From positions 2,306 to 66,305 of the forward strand of contig CAZRWL010000001.1 of NCBI GenBank assembly GCA_964603935.1: a DNA stretch of 64,000 nucleotides, given 5' to 3'. Origin of the DNA: an uncultured Gammaproteobacteria bacterium. GTDB taxonomy: Bacteria; Patescibacteriota; Microgenomatia; Levybacterales; UBA12049. Under the pieces are notes generated by a model, which saw nothing but the letters and a program-made list of their open reading frames with translations, had not been told where the DNA came from and did not search any database. The stretch's first letter is position 1, and every line of letters begins with the position of its first letter. Below, in pieces: positions 18,132 through 28,540 of this stretch. The position numbers and the translations under genes were made by a program.

Positions 18132-19796
18132 CTAAGAAGTGGGGCGGGTGCCGTCTATAACTTCATCGCTTTTACCTAAAATTTCTTTCCAGTTACCGAC
18201 TTTCTTGAAAATTAACAAAAACGTACTTGCTTCTTTAACATTCAAAAGCCATGTCAGAAAAAGGTAAAAAGAAAGTCCGATAAAACTCGATATACCCGTA
18301 AGGAGAATTAAGTTAACGGTACGAGTGGTATCAAACACCAGCTGATCTAATAATTTTATCGGCATATATAATGCTATGCCTGTAAAAAAACCGGCCAAAA
18401 AAATCTTGAATGCCGGGAAAAAAAGCTGTATTTTCGGAAATCCGCCGACTCTTTTGTCCAGAAGAACAATTAATATAAAAAGCTGAAGTATATTTGCCAA
18501 TGTAAAGGCAATAGCTACACTTTCTATACTCATATTTCCGATAACAACAAAATAATAACCCAAAATTACAAGCAAAAGCGTTGAGAAAGCACTGATAATA
18601 AGGGGCATAATCGAATTGTGCAGAGCGTAAAACGCTCTATAAAAAAGGACAATTAAAGCCTGTGCGAAAATAGACAAAGATAAAAAAGCCAGGATATGGC
18701 CGGTCAAAACAGTGGCAGGCCAATCAAATTTATCCGCTCCATACGCAAGTCTCACAATCGGTACGCGCAAAACAAGAATAATTGCGGAAAGCGGCAAAAT
18801 CAAATACAGCATTTGATTAAAACTCGTAGCAAAAGTCATTTTAAAATCACTAAGACTGTTTTTCTCTCTTGAAAGAACAGGAAATGCGGCCTGGGCTATA
18901 CTAACTCCAACAAGAGAAACCGGAGCAAACATCAGGGTTTTTGCCGCGTCAAAAAGTAAATGCATGCGTCCGGGCTCAACCATAAACGCAATAATAGCGG
19001 CAAGAAAAATTGTCCCCGCCTGTTGCACGGCAACCTGAATTGTACGGGGCCACATAAGCATAACTATTTTCCTGAGTCCTCTTGATTTAAGAAAATTAAT
19101 TGTCGGAGTAAAGGAAAATCCTACTTTTTTAGCAAGAGGAATTTGAAAGACGACAAAAATAAAAGCTCCCATGATAACTCCAAGCGGAATAGCATAAATT
19201 CCAAAAGGCCGGTGAAACAGCAGAATACCTATTATTATTCCCACATTATAAAATGCGGCGGCAATGCCCGGAATAAAAAAATGACTGTAAGACTGAAGCA
19301 ATGCGCTAAAAAATGTTCCTATTACGTATATAAGCTGACCGATAATAATGATCCGGGTCAGATTAACCATTAAGGCCATATCTTGTGATGAGAAATTTTG
19401 TCCTCCGTTGAAGATTGAAAGTATTTGAGAAGCAAATAAAACCAGAATCAAAGAAAAAACCGCAAAAATAGCAAGTCCTGCCATAAGAAGAGTAGATGCC
19501 ATTTTATGCGCGTCTTTTTCGCTCCCTTTGGTTAAATATTCTGAAAAAACAGGTATAAAAGATGACGTTAGCGCTGCCGCGATAGTCAGCTGAAAAATAG
19601 TGTCGGGAAGAATTGAAGCGTAATTATAAATACCCAAAGTATTTGACGCTCCGAAAATAGAAAATGACAGTCGTGCGCGAAATACCCCCAGGACTTGAGA
19701 CAAAACAACAGTTGCCATAATAACAAAAGCAGCGGTTAAAATATTTGTCTGGCGGGCAAGCAAAATATCGAGGCTTTTTTTTATAAAATTCGGCAT
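18132..19796 (-). CDS. murJ: Lipid II flippase MurJ (MviN)
   Basis: 554 aa with 14 predicted TM helices. MurJ-like N-terminus (..LLARQTNILTAAFVIMATVVLSQVLGVFR..). Confidence 0.8.
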   Translation of the reverse strand: MPNFIKKSLDILLARQTNILTAAFVIMATVVLSQVLGVFRARLSFSIFGASNTLGIYNYASILPDTIFQLTIAAALTSSFIPVFSEYLTKGSEKDAHKMASTLLMAGLAIFAVFSLILVLFASQILSIFNGGQNFSSQDMALMVNLTRIIIIGQLIYVIGTFFSALLQSYSHFFIPGIAAAFYNVGIIIGILLFHRPFGIYAIPLGVIMGAFIFVVFQIPLAKKVGFSFTPTINFLKSRGLRKIVMLMWPRTIQVAVQQAGTIFLAAIIAFMVEPGRMHLLFDAAKTLMFAPVSLVGVSIAQAAFPVLSREKNSLSDFKMTFATSFNQMLYLILPLSAIILVLRVPIVRLAYGADKFDWPATVLTGHILAFLSLSIFAQALIVLFYRAFYALHNSIMPLIISAFSTLLLVILGYYFVVIGNMSIESVAIAFTLANILQLFILIVLLDKRVGGFPKIQLFFPAFKIFLAGFFTGIALYMPIKLLDQLVFDTTRTVNLILLTGISSFIGLSFYLFLTWLLNVKEASTFLLIFKKVGNWKEILGKSDEVIDGTRPTS

Positions 19797-19832
19797 GTTG
19801 TTTTTTATAGTATAGCATGTTAAAATAGCACA

Positions 19833-20102
19833 ATGCCGGTAATAAAATCTGCTAAGAAAAAATTGCGGGTCGATAGAAAAAGACAGTCAGCCAACAAAAA
19901 AGTAAAAGCAGCTATTGAATCGTTTATCAAAAAAGCTGAAAAAAAACCAACCCCTAAGGGTGTGCAGGAAGCTTTCAGTGTTATAGACAAAGGTGTTAAG
20001 CTCAATGTAATCCACAAGAATAAAGCATCCCGAATAAAATCCAGATTGTCAAGACTCTTGAAGCCAGCCAAAACAAAAGAAACTAAAAAGAGCAAGAAAT
20101 AG
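19833..20102 (+). CDS. rpsT: 30S ribosomal protein S20
   Basis: MPVIKSAKKKLRVDRKRQSANKKVKAAIESFIKKA.. basic helical protein typical of S20. Confidence 0.85.
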   Translation: MPVIKSAKKKLRVDRKRQSANKKVKAAIESFIKKAEKKPTPKGVQEAFSVIDKGVKLNVIHKNKASRIKSRLSRLLKPAKTKETKKSKK

Positions 20103-20115
20103 CCTCAACTAGACT

Positions 20116-20144
20116 TTGACAAAAGCGCCTAATTCCCCTAGACT
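20116..20144 (+). promoter_or_regulatory. Putative promoter TTGACA-N17-TAGACT upstream of pilN-like gene
   Basis: ttgaca at 20116-20121 and tagact at 20139-20144. The ATG is at 20154. Confidence 0.35.
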
Positions 20145-20153
20145 AAATTTAGT

Positions 20154-20684
20154 ATGTCAAATAGTCTGCCCTCGATAAATTTAGTCCGAAATAAAAAAAT
20201 TCCCCTTATTGACAGGTTTATGGATTGGGCGCTAACAATAGGCCGTCTAATCGTAATCCTTACCGAAGTAATAGCGCTGTTAACTTTTCTTTATAGATTT
20301 TCTTTGGATGAAAAGCTTATCGATCTTCATTCTTTAATCAAGCAAAAACAAACCGTAATTTCATTTCAAAAACAAGATGAAGATAAATACAGAAACTTGC
20401 AGGACCGCATCGCCTTGGCCTCGGATTATTCGGAAAAAATTACCAAGACTAACAGGGTCATTTTGGACATTATTAATCTAATACCGCAGGGAATAAAAAT
20501 TAGCGATTTAAACTTTAATAAGGACAGAATAACTATAAATTTAGATATGGCTTCTGCCTCAATGCTGAAGAATTTCGTAAATCCTCTTAAGAACTACTCC
20601 GAAGTAAAATCCGTAAGCATCGACAGTATTGAAAAAAAACCGGATATCGGCCTTTTGGCTTCCGTAACAGTTATGCTTAAATAA
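20154..20684 (+). CDS. PilN-like type IV pilus assembly membrane protein
   Basis: N-terminal SINLV (INLLP-like) motif, a single TM helix, then a coiled-coil periplasmic region. Followed by a PilO-like gene. Confidence 0.4.
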   Translation: MSNSLPSINLVRNKKIPLIDRFMDWALTIGRLIVILTEVIALLTFLYRFSLDEKLIDLHSLIKQKQTVISFQKQDEDKYRNLQDRIALASDYSEKITKTNRVILDIINLIPQGIKISDLNFNKDRITINLDMASASMLKNFVNPLKNYSEVKSVSIDSIEKKPDIGLLASVTVMLK

Positions 20685-20689
20685 AAAAT

Positions 20690-21292
20690 ATGCAAGATAT
20701 AGACAAGGATATAATAAAGCTTAAATATTTCCGGACGCTGCCATATCTAAATCAGGAAAGAACACAAAAATTTTTTGGCATAACATTGACCATTCTTGCT
20801 TTAATGTTCTTTGGATTCTTTGCTGTTAATCCAACAATTTCAGCTATTTTAAAATTAAAAAAAGAAGTTGCGGACAGCGAATTTGTTTATAGTCAATTAG
20901 GCGATAAGCTAAAAAATTTAAGCCAATTAAGAAATCGATATGATAACCTTCAGAGCGACCTTAACGTCATAACGGACTCTATTCCAATAGAACCAAATGC
21001 ACATCTGCTCTTTGCGCAGATACAAACCATCGCCTTACAATCAAATATTAAAATAAAAACTCTTAACAATTACGAAGTAGAGGTAATCAAAAACAATAAA
21101 ATATCCGGGAAAAAGTATTATTCTTACTCTTTTAATATTTCGGGAGAGGGATCTTTTGAGAATATATCCAAATTTATTTCAGCTATTACGGGGATGCAAA
21201 GAATTATAAGCATTGACTCTTTTACGATAGTTGACAAAAACAGCCAGTCGTTAGGATTTACTATTCAAGGAACAACTTTTTTTAAAGAATAG
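20690..21292 (+). CDS. PilO-like type IV pilus assembly membrane protein
   Basis: Short cytoplasmic N-terminus, one TM helix, then a coiled coil and a C-terminal alpha/beta region. Synteny with the pilN-like gene. Confidence 0.35.
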   Translation: MQDIDKDIIKLKYFRTLPYLNQERTQKFFGITLTILALMFFGFFAVNPTISAILKLKKEVADSEFVYSQLGDKLKNLSQLRNRYDNLQSDLNVITDSIPIEPNAHLLFAQIQTIALQSNIKIKTLNNYEVEVIKNNKISGKKYYSYSFNISGEGSFENISKFISAITGMQRIISIDSFTIVDKNSQSLGFTIQGTTFFKE

Positions 21293-21296
21293 GAAT

Positions 21297-21557
21297 ATGA
21301 AGAAAGCAGATGTTTTAATAATTTTAATTTTATTATTTGCTGTTGTTTCAGCCTGGATTATTTCCAATATCTACCATAGCGCAACAAGCTCAACGATATC
21401 CGAAGCTCTCAACAAAAACATATTGCCTATTGATCCAACTTTTAACGAAAACGCAATTAACAGTCTTAAGCAGAGACAAAAAATAGATCCCTCTTTCGAA
21501 CTGAAAAACGAAACGGAGGCGCCAACAGCATCCCAAGCAGGAGAACAAGCATTATGA
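21297..21557 (+). CDS. Hypothetical small membrane-anchored protein
   Basis: 86 aa, N-terminal TM helix. Overlaps the next gene by 4 bp (operon). Confidence 0.3.
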   Translation: MKKADVLIILILLFAVVSAWIISNIYHSATSSTISEALNKNILPIDPTFNENAINSLKQRQKIDPSFELKNETEAPTASQAGEQAL

Positions 21558-22897
21558 AAAATAAATTATTCAACAAAAGAATTCCGACTATTTTTGGCAT
21601 TGGCTTTGTAATATTGGGAATAGCATTAACGGCTATTGTTGCCAATAATCAAACCGGTCTTAAAAGTAAGGCTTCAAATTCGCAAAACCCTCAAGACATA
21701 AAAATTACTAACTTATCAGACAAATCTTTTACCATAACATATCAAACAGACGCTGTTGTTACAGGCTCCGTTAATTATGGCAGAGATAAAAACTTAGGCA
21801 ACATGGAATTAGAAGATTTGGATAAGGAGAAAGGGAATTTCTCTCCTAAGAATATTCATAGTATAACGGTAAAAAAACTGCTGCCTAAAACAAAATATAA
21901 TCTCGTTATAATTTCCGGCCAGAATACATTCCTAGATAATGGGTCGCCATTCAGAATAACAACTGCCCCAAATATTGCCTCCCCATCAGCAGGACAATAT
22001 ACGGTAAAAGGGAAAGTTTTACTGCCTAACGGAAATCCTCCCGATGAAGCGCTTGTTTATTTACGCACGCAAAATTCACAGCTTTTGTCCGCTCCTGTTG
22101 CGAAAAACGGAGAATTTGATTTTTCTTTAAAATCTTTGCGATCTGAAAATTTTACATCCTATTTAGATTTAAATGAAAATACGGTTTTAGAGATCACGGC
22201 TGTTGCTAGCGGATCTTTGAAGTCATCTGTTTTAACCTCTTTGAACAAAAAAGATTCTATGCCAACAATAACGTTGTCCAACAATTATGATTTCACGAGC
22301 GATATTGCTCCCATTGCTTCTCAATCAGGGGAAGAAAAATCTTCAGGCTTCCCTACTATTGCCCCCAAAGAAACAGGTCTTACCCCCCAAATTTTAACTC
22401 CTAAAGAAAATCAATCTTTTACCAACCAACAGCCTCAATTTCAGGGAAAAAGCTTACCTAACGAAAAAGTAGAAATTATAATTCATTCAGATGAAAATAT
22501 ACAAATTCAAATAACAGCAGACAGTAACGGTAATTGGACGTACCAGCCTCCAAATAATCTTTCTCCGGGAGCACATACGATAACTATAAAAACCCGCGAC
22601 TCCTCCGGGATACTAAAGACTTTAACGCAATCATTTATTGTTTTCGCCGCAGAAACAACTCCCCCTACCCTACAACCTATTCCAACCCTACAACCTTCTC
22701 CCACAGTTATTCTAATGCCAATTACCGCTCCAGCATTTAGCCCAACTCCCATTCCATTCGCAATTCTTCCACCTATGACATCGAAAGACGGTCTTCCGCC
22801 AACAGGAAGCTCTACCTTAACACCGCTGACTATCGGAGGCGTTATCGCAACTATAGCAGGAATAGCATTATTTTTAATAACGCGCTCTATGTTATGA
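21554..22897 (+). CDS. Cell-surface protein with C-terminal LPXTG-type sorting signal (LPPTG + TM + RS)
   Basis: N-terminal TM or signal, beta-rich domains, a PTLQP repeat linker, then ..DGLPPTGSSTLTPLTIGGVIATIAGIALFLITRSML. Confidence 0.55.
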   Translation: MKNKLFNKRIPTIFGIGFVILGIALTAIVANNQTGLKSKASNSQNPQDIKITNLSDKSFTITYQTDAVVTGSVNYGRDKNLGNMELEDLDKEKGNFSPKNIHSITVKKLLPKTKYNLVIISGQNTFLDNGSPFRITTAPNIASPSAGQYTVKGKVLLPNGNPPDEALVYLRTQNSQLLSAPVAKNGEFDFSLKSLRSENFTSYLDLNENTVLEITAVASGSLKSSVLTSLNKKDSMPTITLSNNYDFTSDIAPIASQSGEEKSSGFPTIAPKETGLTPQILTPKENQSFTNQQPQFQGKSLPNEKVEIIIHSDENIQIQITADSNGNWTYQPPNNLSPGAHTITIKTRDSSGILKTLTQSFIVFAAETTPPTLQPIPTLQPSPTVILMPITAPAFSPTPIPFAILPPMTSKDGLPPTGSSTLTPLTIGGVIATIAGIALFLITRSML

Positions 22898-22898
22898 T

Positions 22899-24548
22899 AT
22901 GCAAGTCTTTGTTAAAAACCACAAATTGTTATTTTATTTGCTTTTATTAACCGCTGTTGGCGGATTTTTTCGCTTTTATAATCTTGATTGGGATAATGGC
23001 AATTTTTTCCATCCGGACGAGAGAAATATATCCAATGCAGTTTCAAGAATTAAATTTTTCTCTCAATTAAATCCTGATTTTTTCGCGTATGGGGGATTTT
23101 TGATCTATTTATACAGGATAACAGGAGATATTTTGTATAAGATTACAAATAATTCTAATTGGGTTTATGACTGGGGACACATAAATATTATTGGAAGATT
23201 TTACTCCGCTTTATTCTCTACAATAACTATTCCTTTAGTTTTTTTTCTGGCTAAAAATATTTTTAATAAATATACCGCAATGATAGCAGCCGCGCTAACT
23301 GCTTTTACTGTTTCTTTTATCCAGATTTCTCATTTCAGCATTACGGAAAATCTCTTAACACTGATGGCTGTTTTAATTTGCTTTCTTGCTGTCAAATTAT
23401 TAGAAACAGGAAAGCTTATAAATTATATTTTATGTGCGATTGCAATCGGCATTGCTGCTGCAACCAAAACAACAGCTTTATCTTTTATAATATTTCCTTT
23501 AATTGCTCATTTCCTATCTATTACAAAACAGCCATATAATTTCATAAAGAGAGTTTGCTTTTTATTTGTCTTTTTATTAACAAGCTTTATTATCTTCAGT
23601 ATCTTATCTCCCTACACCTTTATAAAGTGGGATAAATTTATGGAGTCGATGAAATACGAATCGGGCGTAGCTTTAGGAACTCTCCCCGTCCCTTATACTC
23701 TTCAATTTACCAATACATCCCCTTATCTTTTTCAGCTTCAAAATTTCTTATGGCAATTGGGCCCAATTTCTTATTTACTAATTCCTTCTTTTATTCTATT
23801 TGTATTTCTTGCTATAAAAACAAGGAATCCCAAATTTATTTTGTTCATCTCTTTCCCTTTAATTTATTTTTTATATGTCGGTTATTGGCATACGAAATTT
23901 ATTAGATTTATGCTTCCGATTTTTCCTTTCATAATTATATTAATAAGCTATTCTCTATTTGCATTGCAAAAGAAAACTAAAACCTTGGGAAAACTCTTTC
24001 TTATTATTTCCATTCTCTCCTCAATTATTTGGGCTCTCGCATTTTTCTCAATCTACACAAAAGAGCAAACCAGAATTAATGCTTCTAAATGGATATATGA
24101 AAATATTCCAGACGGAAGCAAAATCCTAGGAGAACATTGGGATGATGGATTACCCACTACGATAGGCTCTTCTTATCCAAGTAAATACAATATTGAACAG
24201 CTAACTATTTACGAACCGGACAATCAAGCAAAAATTGATTATTATGTAAAAAAATTATCCTCTGCCGATTATATTATCATTAACAGCAAAAGACTTTACG
24301 GAACATTAATTAATCTACAGGATAAATACCCCATAACAAGCCGCTATTATAAATTATTATTTAACGGCAGATTGGGATATGAAAAAATTAAAGAATTTAA
24401 GTCCTACCCCTCAATCTTTGGCTTTGAAATAAACGATGATGCAAGCGAAGAAACCTTCCAAGTCTACGACCACCCAAAAGTAATGGTATTTAAAAATACT
24501 GCTTACCTCTCAGGAAAACAATTAGCTGAAATACTCCAAACAAAGTAG
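22899..24548 (+). CDS. GT-C fold membrane glycosyltransferase (family 39/PMT-like)
   Basis: About 12 TM helices. Conserved FHPDERN loop motif plus a C-terminal soluble domain. Confidence 0.45.
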   Translation: MQVFVKNHKLLFYLLLLTAVGGFFRFYNLDWDNGNFFHPDERNISNAVSRIKFFSQLNPDFFAYGGFLIYLYRITGDILYKITNNSNWVYDWGHINIIGRFYSALFSTITIPLVFFLAKNIFNKYTAMIAAALTAFTVSFIQISHFSITENLLTLMAVLICFLAVKLLETGKLINYILCAIAIGIAAATKTTALSFIIFPLIAHFLSITKQPYNFIKRVCFLFVFLLTSFIIFSILSPYTFIKWDKFMESMKYESGVALGTLPVPYTLQFTNTSPYLFQLQNFLWQLGPISYLLIPSFILFVFLAIKTRNPKFILFISFPLIYFLYVGYWHTKFIRFMLPIFPFIIILISYSLFALQKKTKTLGKLFLIISILSSIIWALAFFSIYTKEQTRINASKWIYENIPDGSKILGEHWDDGLPTTIGSSYPSKYNIEQLTIYEPDNQAKIDYYVKKLSSADYIIINSKRLYGTLINLQDKYPITSRYYKLLFNGRLGYEKIKEFKSYPSIFGFEINDDASEETFQVYDHPKVMVFKNTAYLSGKQLAEILQTK

Positions 24549-24572
24549 TACAATAGGTTTTATCCTAAGATT

Positions 24573-25121
24573 ATGAATGTTGGATTTGATTTGGACAGGA
24601 TATTTATACACAGTCCTCCTTTTGTTCCAGGAAAAATTGTTGACAGATTTTACAAAGGGAAACAAGATGGAAAACTAAAATATCGTATCCCCGGACGACT
24701 TGAGAAATTGATGAGAATTTTCAGCCATCATTCAATCTTCCGGCCGCCAATTGTCAAAAATGTGAATTATGTTAAAAATTTAGCATTAGCAAATACCCAT
24801 AAGTATTATCTTATCTCAAGCAGATTTAACTTCTTAAAGAAGAGAACCTCCAAGCTTATTCAACGTTATGAATTAGACAGAATATTTAATGCAATGTATT
24901 TCAATTATTCAGACGATCAACCGCATAATTTTAAAAATAAAGTAGTAGAAGAACTAAAATTGGACATGTATGTTGATGATGATTTGCAGCTTTTGAGACA
25001 CTTAGCAAGTAATAATTCCAAAACCAAATTTTTCTGGTTTAATAAAAAAATAAATCAAAAATTATCAAACAATCTCTTCGCCATTAGCAATCTTTCCGAA
25101 ATATTCCTAAACAAAGACTAA
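24573..25121 (+). CDS. HAD-superfamily hydrolase-like protein (5'(3')-deoxyribonucleotidase-like)
   Basis: GFDLDRIF (DxD motif I) near the N-terminus and MYVDDD near the C-terminus. Confidence 0.35.
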   Translation: MNVGFDLDRIFIHSPPFVPGKIVDRFYKGKQDGKLKYRIPGRLEKLMRIFSHHSIFRPPIVKNVNYVKNLALANTHKYYLISSRFNFLKKRTSKLIQRYELDRIFNAMYFNYSDDQPHNFKNKVVEELKLDMYVDDDLQLLRHLASNNSKTKFFWFNKKINQKLSNNLFAISNLSEIFLNKD

Positions 25122-25125
25122 ATCC

Positions 25126-27477
25126 ATGAATTTTTCCGACTTTTTATCCGTTGTGCAATGGTGGACAGTAATTTTTATTATTGGAGCTATTTTTATTCCA
25201 ATAACGAATTTAATTCTTTCAAATTTTTTTGACAAAGGCTATATTTTTTCAAAAATTATAGGGACAGCTGCAATAAGTTACGCTGTTTTTGTTCTCGGAT
25301 TTTTAAAAATCCTCCCCTTCACTCAAGCAACAATCTTTATTGTAATTGCCTTATTTGCAGGTATAAATATACTAATTTTCAAAAAAAAAATAAAGTTAGC
25401 AATTAAACAATTTGACAATGAAGCAATTAAAATAATTATCTTCGAAGAGGCTCTTTTTTTGGGAGTTCTATTTTTCTGGTCTTTTATTCACGCTCATCAG
25501 CCAGACATTCATGGTTTGGAAAAATACATGGATTACGGATTTATTAATTCGATATTGAGAGCCAAATATTTCCCGCCTCTAGATATGTGGTTTACTCCAT
25601 TCTCAATTAATTATTATTATTTCGGCCATTTAGTTACAGCCGTGCTAACAAAATTGTCCCTCCTTCCCTCACCAATTACTTTTAACCTAATGCTCTCGAC
25701 AATTTCTGCGCTATCTTTTGTTTCCGCTTTCTCAATCGGAGCTAATCTTTTCAAGATTTTAATGAACAAGGGACGGGTGGCAAAAGAGGAAGGGCTCCCG
25801 ACCCCACTTCGCTTGAAAGCTTCGAGGGGCAAAACAACGCTAGAGTCAGCGGGCTTGCCAGCCGTAGCTTTAGCGAAGGTTGGAGGGAAACTTTTGACAG
25901 GACCCGTCCTCGCAGGACTTTTGACGGCATTTATTTTAAACTTTGCGGGAAATTTACATACCCTGCATCTATTCTTTAAGCCTTATCTTAATGAAAATCC
26001 TGTGCCTTTTTGGAATTTAATATTCTCCCCCCAAACATTCCCCAATAATTATTGGTATCCAAATGCAACGCGTTTTATTGAAAATACGATCCACGAATTT
26101 CCCATTTATTCCTCTGTTGTTTCCGATCTTCACGGCCACTTCCTGGATCTCCCTTTTGTTTTACTAACAATAGCCATTCTCTTATCGCTAGTACTAAAAT
26201 CGCAAATCACAAATCACAAATCACAAATAAACCTTAATGTTCAAAATTCAAAACGTTTTGGATTTTTTAATTTTAGAAATTTGAATTTATTTGGAACTTG
26301 GAATTTTGAATTTAGAATTTTATTGCTGGCATTTTTGCTGGCAATAATGTATATGACGAATGCTTGGGACGGAATAATCTATTTCATACTAGCTACTCTT
26401 ATTATTGGCTATACTATTCTAAAATCACTAATTAATCCTTCAGAAATTAAAAATGCAAAATTCAAAAATTTTATTACTTTATTTATTCCCAAGATTTTAT
26501 TATTAGGATTCTTCTTTTTTCTATTCTCTCTACCCTTTAATTTAAATTTCAAGCCTTTTGCTTCCGCAATTGGCATACTTTGCGCGCCGGATTTCTTAGT
26601 GCGTTTGGAAAAATTCGGACCTTTCATTTTTGAAGCGAATCATTGCCAGCACTCTCCCGTATGGCAGTTATTTATTCTTTATGGCTTCTTTTACTTTTGG
26701 GTAGTTTCGTTCGTTATATTTCTTTTTAAAAATTTAAAAACAAAAATTGAAAATTTATCAGTATCCGATATATTCGTTGGAATTCTGATAATATTATCTA
26801 CCCTGCTTATTATTATCCCTGAATTTATCTATGTAAAAGATATTTATCCCGCGCACTACCGCGCCAATACGATGTTCAAGCTCGTTTATGAATCCTTCAT
26901 TATGCTTTCGTTAGCCTCGGGCTACATCGTAATAAGAATAATTAATAGTTTCAAATTTGTTTATTTGTTTATTGGCAGTATTGGATTATTCCTCGTAATG
27001 GTCTATCCTTATTTTGCGATTAAATCTTATTTTGGAGATTTAAAGGCTTACTCCGGACTTAATGGAACAAACTACCTTAAGCCGCTTTATCCTCAGGACT
27101 ACGATGCTATTTTATGGATAAATAAAAATATCAAAGGACAACCTGTAATTTTGGAAGCTCAAGGCGACTCGTACACGGATTATGGACGTATATCTACTAA
27201 TACCGGATTGCCGACAGTTTTGGGCTGGACTGTTCACGAATGGCTTTGGCGCGGCGCCTATGATATTCCAGCCCCAAGAATTGCGGAAATCGCAGAAATG
27301 TATGAGTCTAAAAACCCTAAGGAAACAAAAAAATTATTAAAAAAATATAACGTATCGCTTGTATTTTTGGGCGACCTTGAACGGCAAAAATATCTCAATC
27401 TTAACGAAGAGAAATTTAACTCATTTGGAAAAATAATTTACCAAAACAACCAGACAAAAATTTACAAAATTAATTAG
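25126..27477 (+). CDS. Large polytopic membrane protein of the YYY (TIGR03662/DUF2298) family
   Basis: SINYYYFGH motif and more than 15 TM helices. Contains a GC-rich insert (25765-25920) and variant heptamer repeats (26197-26320). Confidence 0.55.
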   Translation: MNFSDFLSVVQWWTVIFIIGAIFIPITNLILSNFFDKGYIFSKIIGTAAISYAVFVLGFLKILPFTQATIFIVIALFAGINILIFKKKIKLAIKQFDNEAIKIIIFEEALFLGVLFFWSFIHAHQPDIHGLEKYMDYGFINSILRAKYFPPLDMWFTPFSINYYYFGHLVTAVLTKLSLLPSPITFNLMLSTISALSFVSAFSIGANLFKILMNKGRVAKEEGLPTPLRLKASRGKTTLESAGLPAVALAKVGGKLLTGPVLAGLLTAFILNFAGNLHTLHLFFKPYLNENPVPFWNLIFSPQTFPNNYWYPNATRFIENTIHEFPIYSSVVSDLHGHFLDLPFVLLTIAILLSLVLKSQITNHKSQINLNVQNSKRFGFFNFRNLNLFGTWNFEFRILLLAFLLAIMYMTNAWDGIIYFILATLIIGYTILKSLINPSEIKNAKFKNFITLFIPKILLLGFFFFLFSLPFNLNFKPFASAIGILCAPDFLVRLEKFGPFIFEANHCQHSPVWQLFILYGFFYFWVVSFVIFLFKNLKTKIENLSVSDIFVGILIILSTLLIIIPEFIYVKDIYPAHYRANTMFKLVYESFIMLSLASGYIVIRIINSFKFVYLFIGSIGLFLVMVYPYFAIKSYFGDLKAYSGLNGTNYLKPLYPQDYDAILWINKNIKGQPVILEAQGDSYTDYGRISTNTGLPTVLGWTVHEWLWRGAYDIPAPRIAEIAEMYESKNPKETKKLLKKYNVSLVFLGDLERQKYLNLNEEKFNSFGKIIYQNNQTKIYKIN
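26197..26320. repeat. Variant heptamer repeats (AAATCAC)x4 followed by AATTTTGAATTT-type degenerate units
   Basis: aaatcgcaaatcacaaatcacaaatcacaaataaa ... ttgaatttatttggaacttggaattttgaatttagaatttt, in-frame, giving peptide KSQITNHKSQIN... Confidence 0.8.
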
Positions 27478-28540
27478 AGGGAATTTCTGGAACATGACAA
27501 TTGCCGACTGTTATTTCACAAGCGACAAACTTCTGGATCTCTGAAAAATTATCGTTCCCAACTCTTGGAATTAAAACCCACTGATTTTCATAAACTGAAG
27601 ATATTGGAGGATTTACCAAAAGACCGGGTCTCTCTTCCTGATTGTCTCCGTAATCCAATACAGCGCTTTCTATTTTCGCTTCTCTCATTTTATTTGCAAG
27701 CTTTATGAAATCATCTATTTCCCCCTCTTTTATATTTGTGTCTATACTGCCTTTCAAAGCTCCATAGACACTAACTATTTTTGCCGGATTAAGTAAAAAA
27801 TTTATGGAAAAAATTTTATCTTTCACTGCCTTTATTACCTGTTCCTGTCTTTTGGATCGTGCGAAATCCGTTCCATTTGATCCTTCCGCATGTCTGGATC
27901 TCACAAATTCAAGAGCTGCTTCTCCGTCTATATGGGTAACTCCCTTATCAAAATGCAGATGTTTGTACCTGCAGATAAATTTTTCCTGAATCTCTATTTC
28001 GGCAGAAATGGTAGCAACAAACGTCCCAATATCTTCATCGGAATATCCACAGGAATCATTTTCTCTTCCTGCTATGGGATACTTATAGTCATCAAAAGTG
28101 CTTTGAACATCAATGTCTATACCCCCAAGAATATCTAGAGTTTTGACAAAGCCGTCAAAATCAATTTTCACCGTATAGTCAATTGCATGCCCTATTACCT
28201 TCTTGACAACTGCGTTAGATAGCAAAATTCCCCCGCCCTTTTGTTTTGCTTCGGCTGTGGAATACGCAGTGTTAATTCTGGCATTTAAGTCGGTTATCCA
28301 TAAATCTCTTGGAACAGAAACCAGAGTGACTTTGTTATTTTCAGGATCAAGGCTTGCAAAAATCATAGTGTCTGTTAAATCAGGTCCTTGATGAATACCT
28401 CCTCCAACCCCTAACAAAAGAATGTTAATTCTGTCTTGAGTTTTCTTAAGGTCTATATTTTTATTGAAAGCCGTTTCTCCGACTTTCCCAAGAAATATCA
28501 AAAATAAAATTGAAAAAATTATCAATATTTTTTTATGCAT
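27470..28540 (-). CDS. LytR-CpsA-Psr (LCP) family cell-wall glycopolymer phosphotransferase
   Basis: N-terminal TM helix, NILLLGVGGG..DLTDTMIFASLDP..VSVPRDLW LCP core. Confidence 0.75.
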   Translation of the reverse strand: MHKKILIIFSILFLIFLGKVGETAFNKNIDLKKTQDRINILLLGVGGGIHQGPDLTDTMIFASLDPENNKVTLVSVPRDLWITDLNARINTAYSTAEAKQKGGGILLSNAVVKKVIGHAIDYTVKIDFDGFVKTLDILGGIDIDVQSTFDDYKYPIAGRENDSCGYSDEDIGTFVATISAEIEIQEKFICRYKHLHFDKGVTHIDGEAALEFVRSRHAEGSNGTDFARSKRQEQVIKAVKDKIFSINFLLNPAKIVSVYGALKGSIDTNIKEGEIDDFIKLANKMREAKIESAVLDYGDNQEERPGLLVNPPISSVYENQWVLIPRVGNDNFSEIQKFVACEITVGNCHVPEIPSN

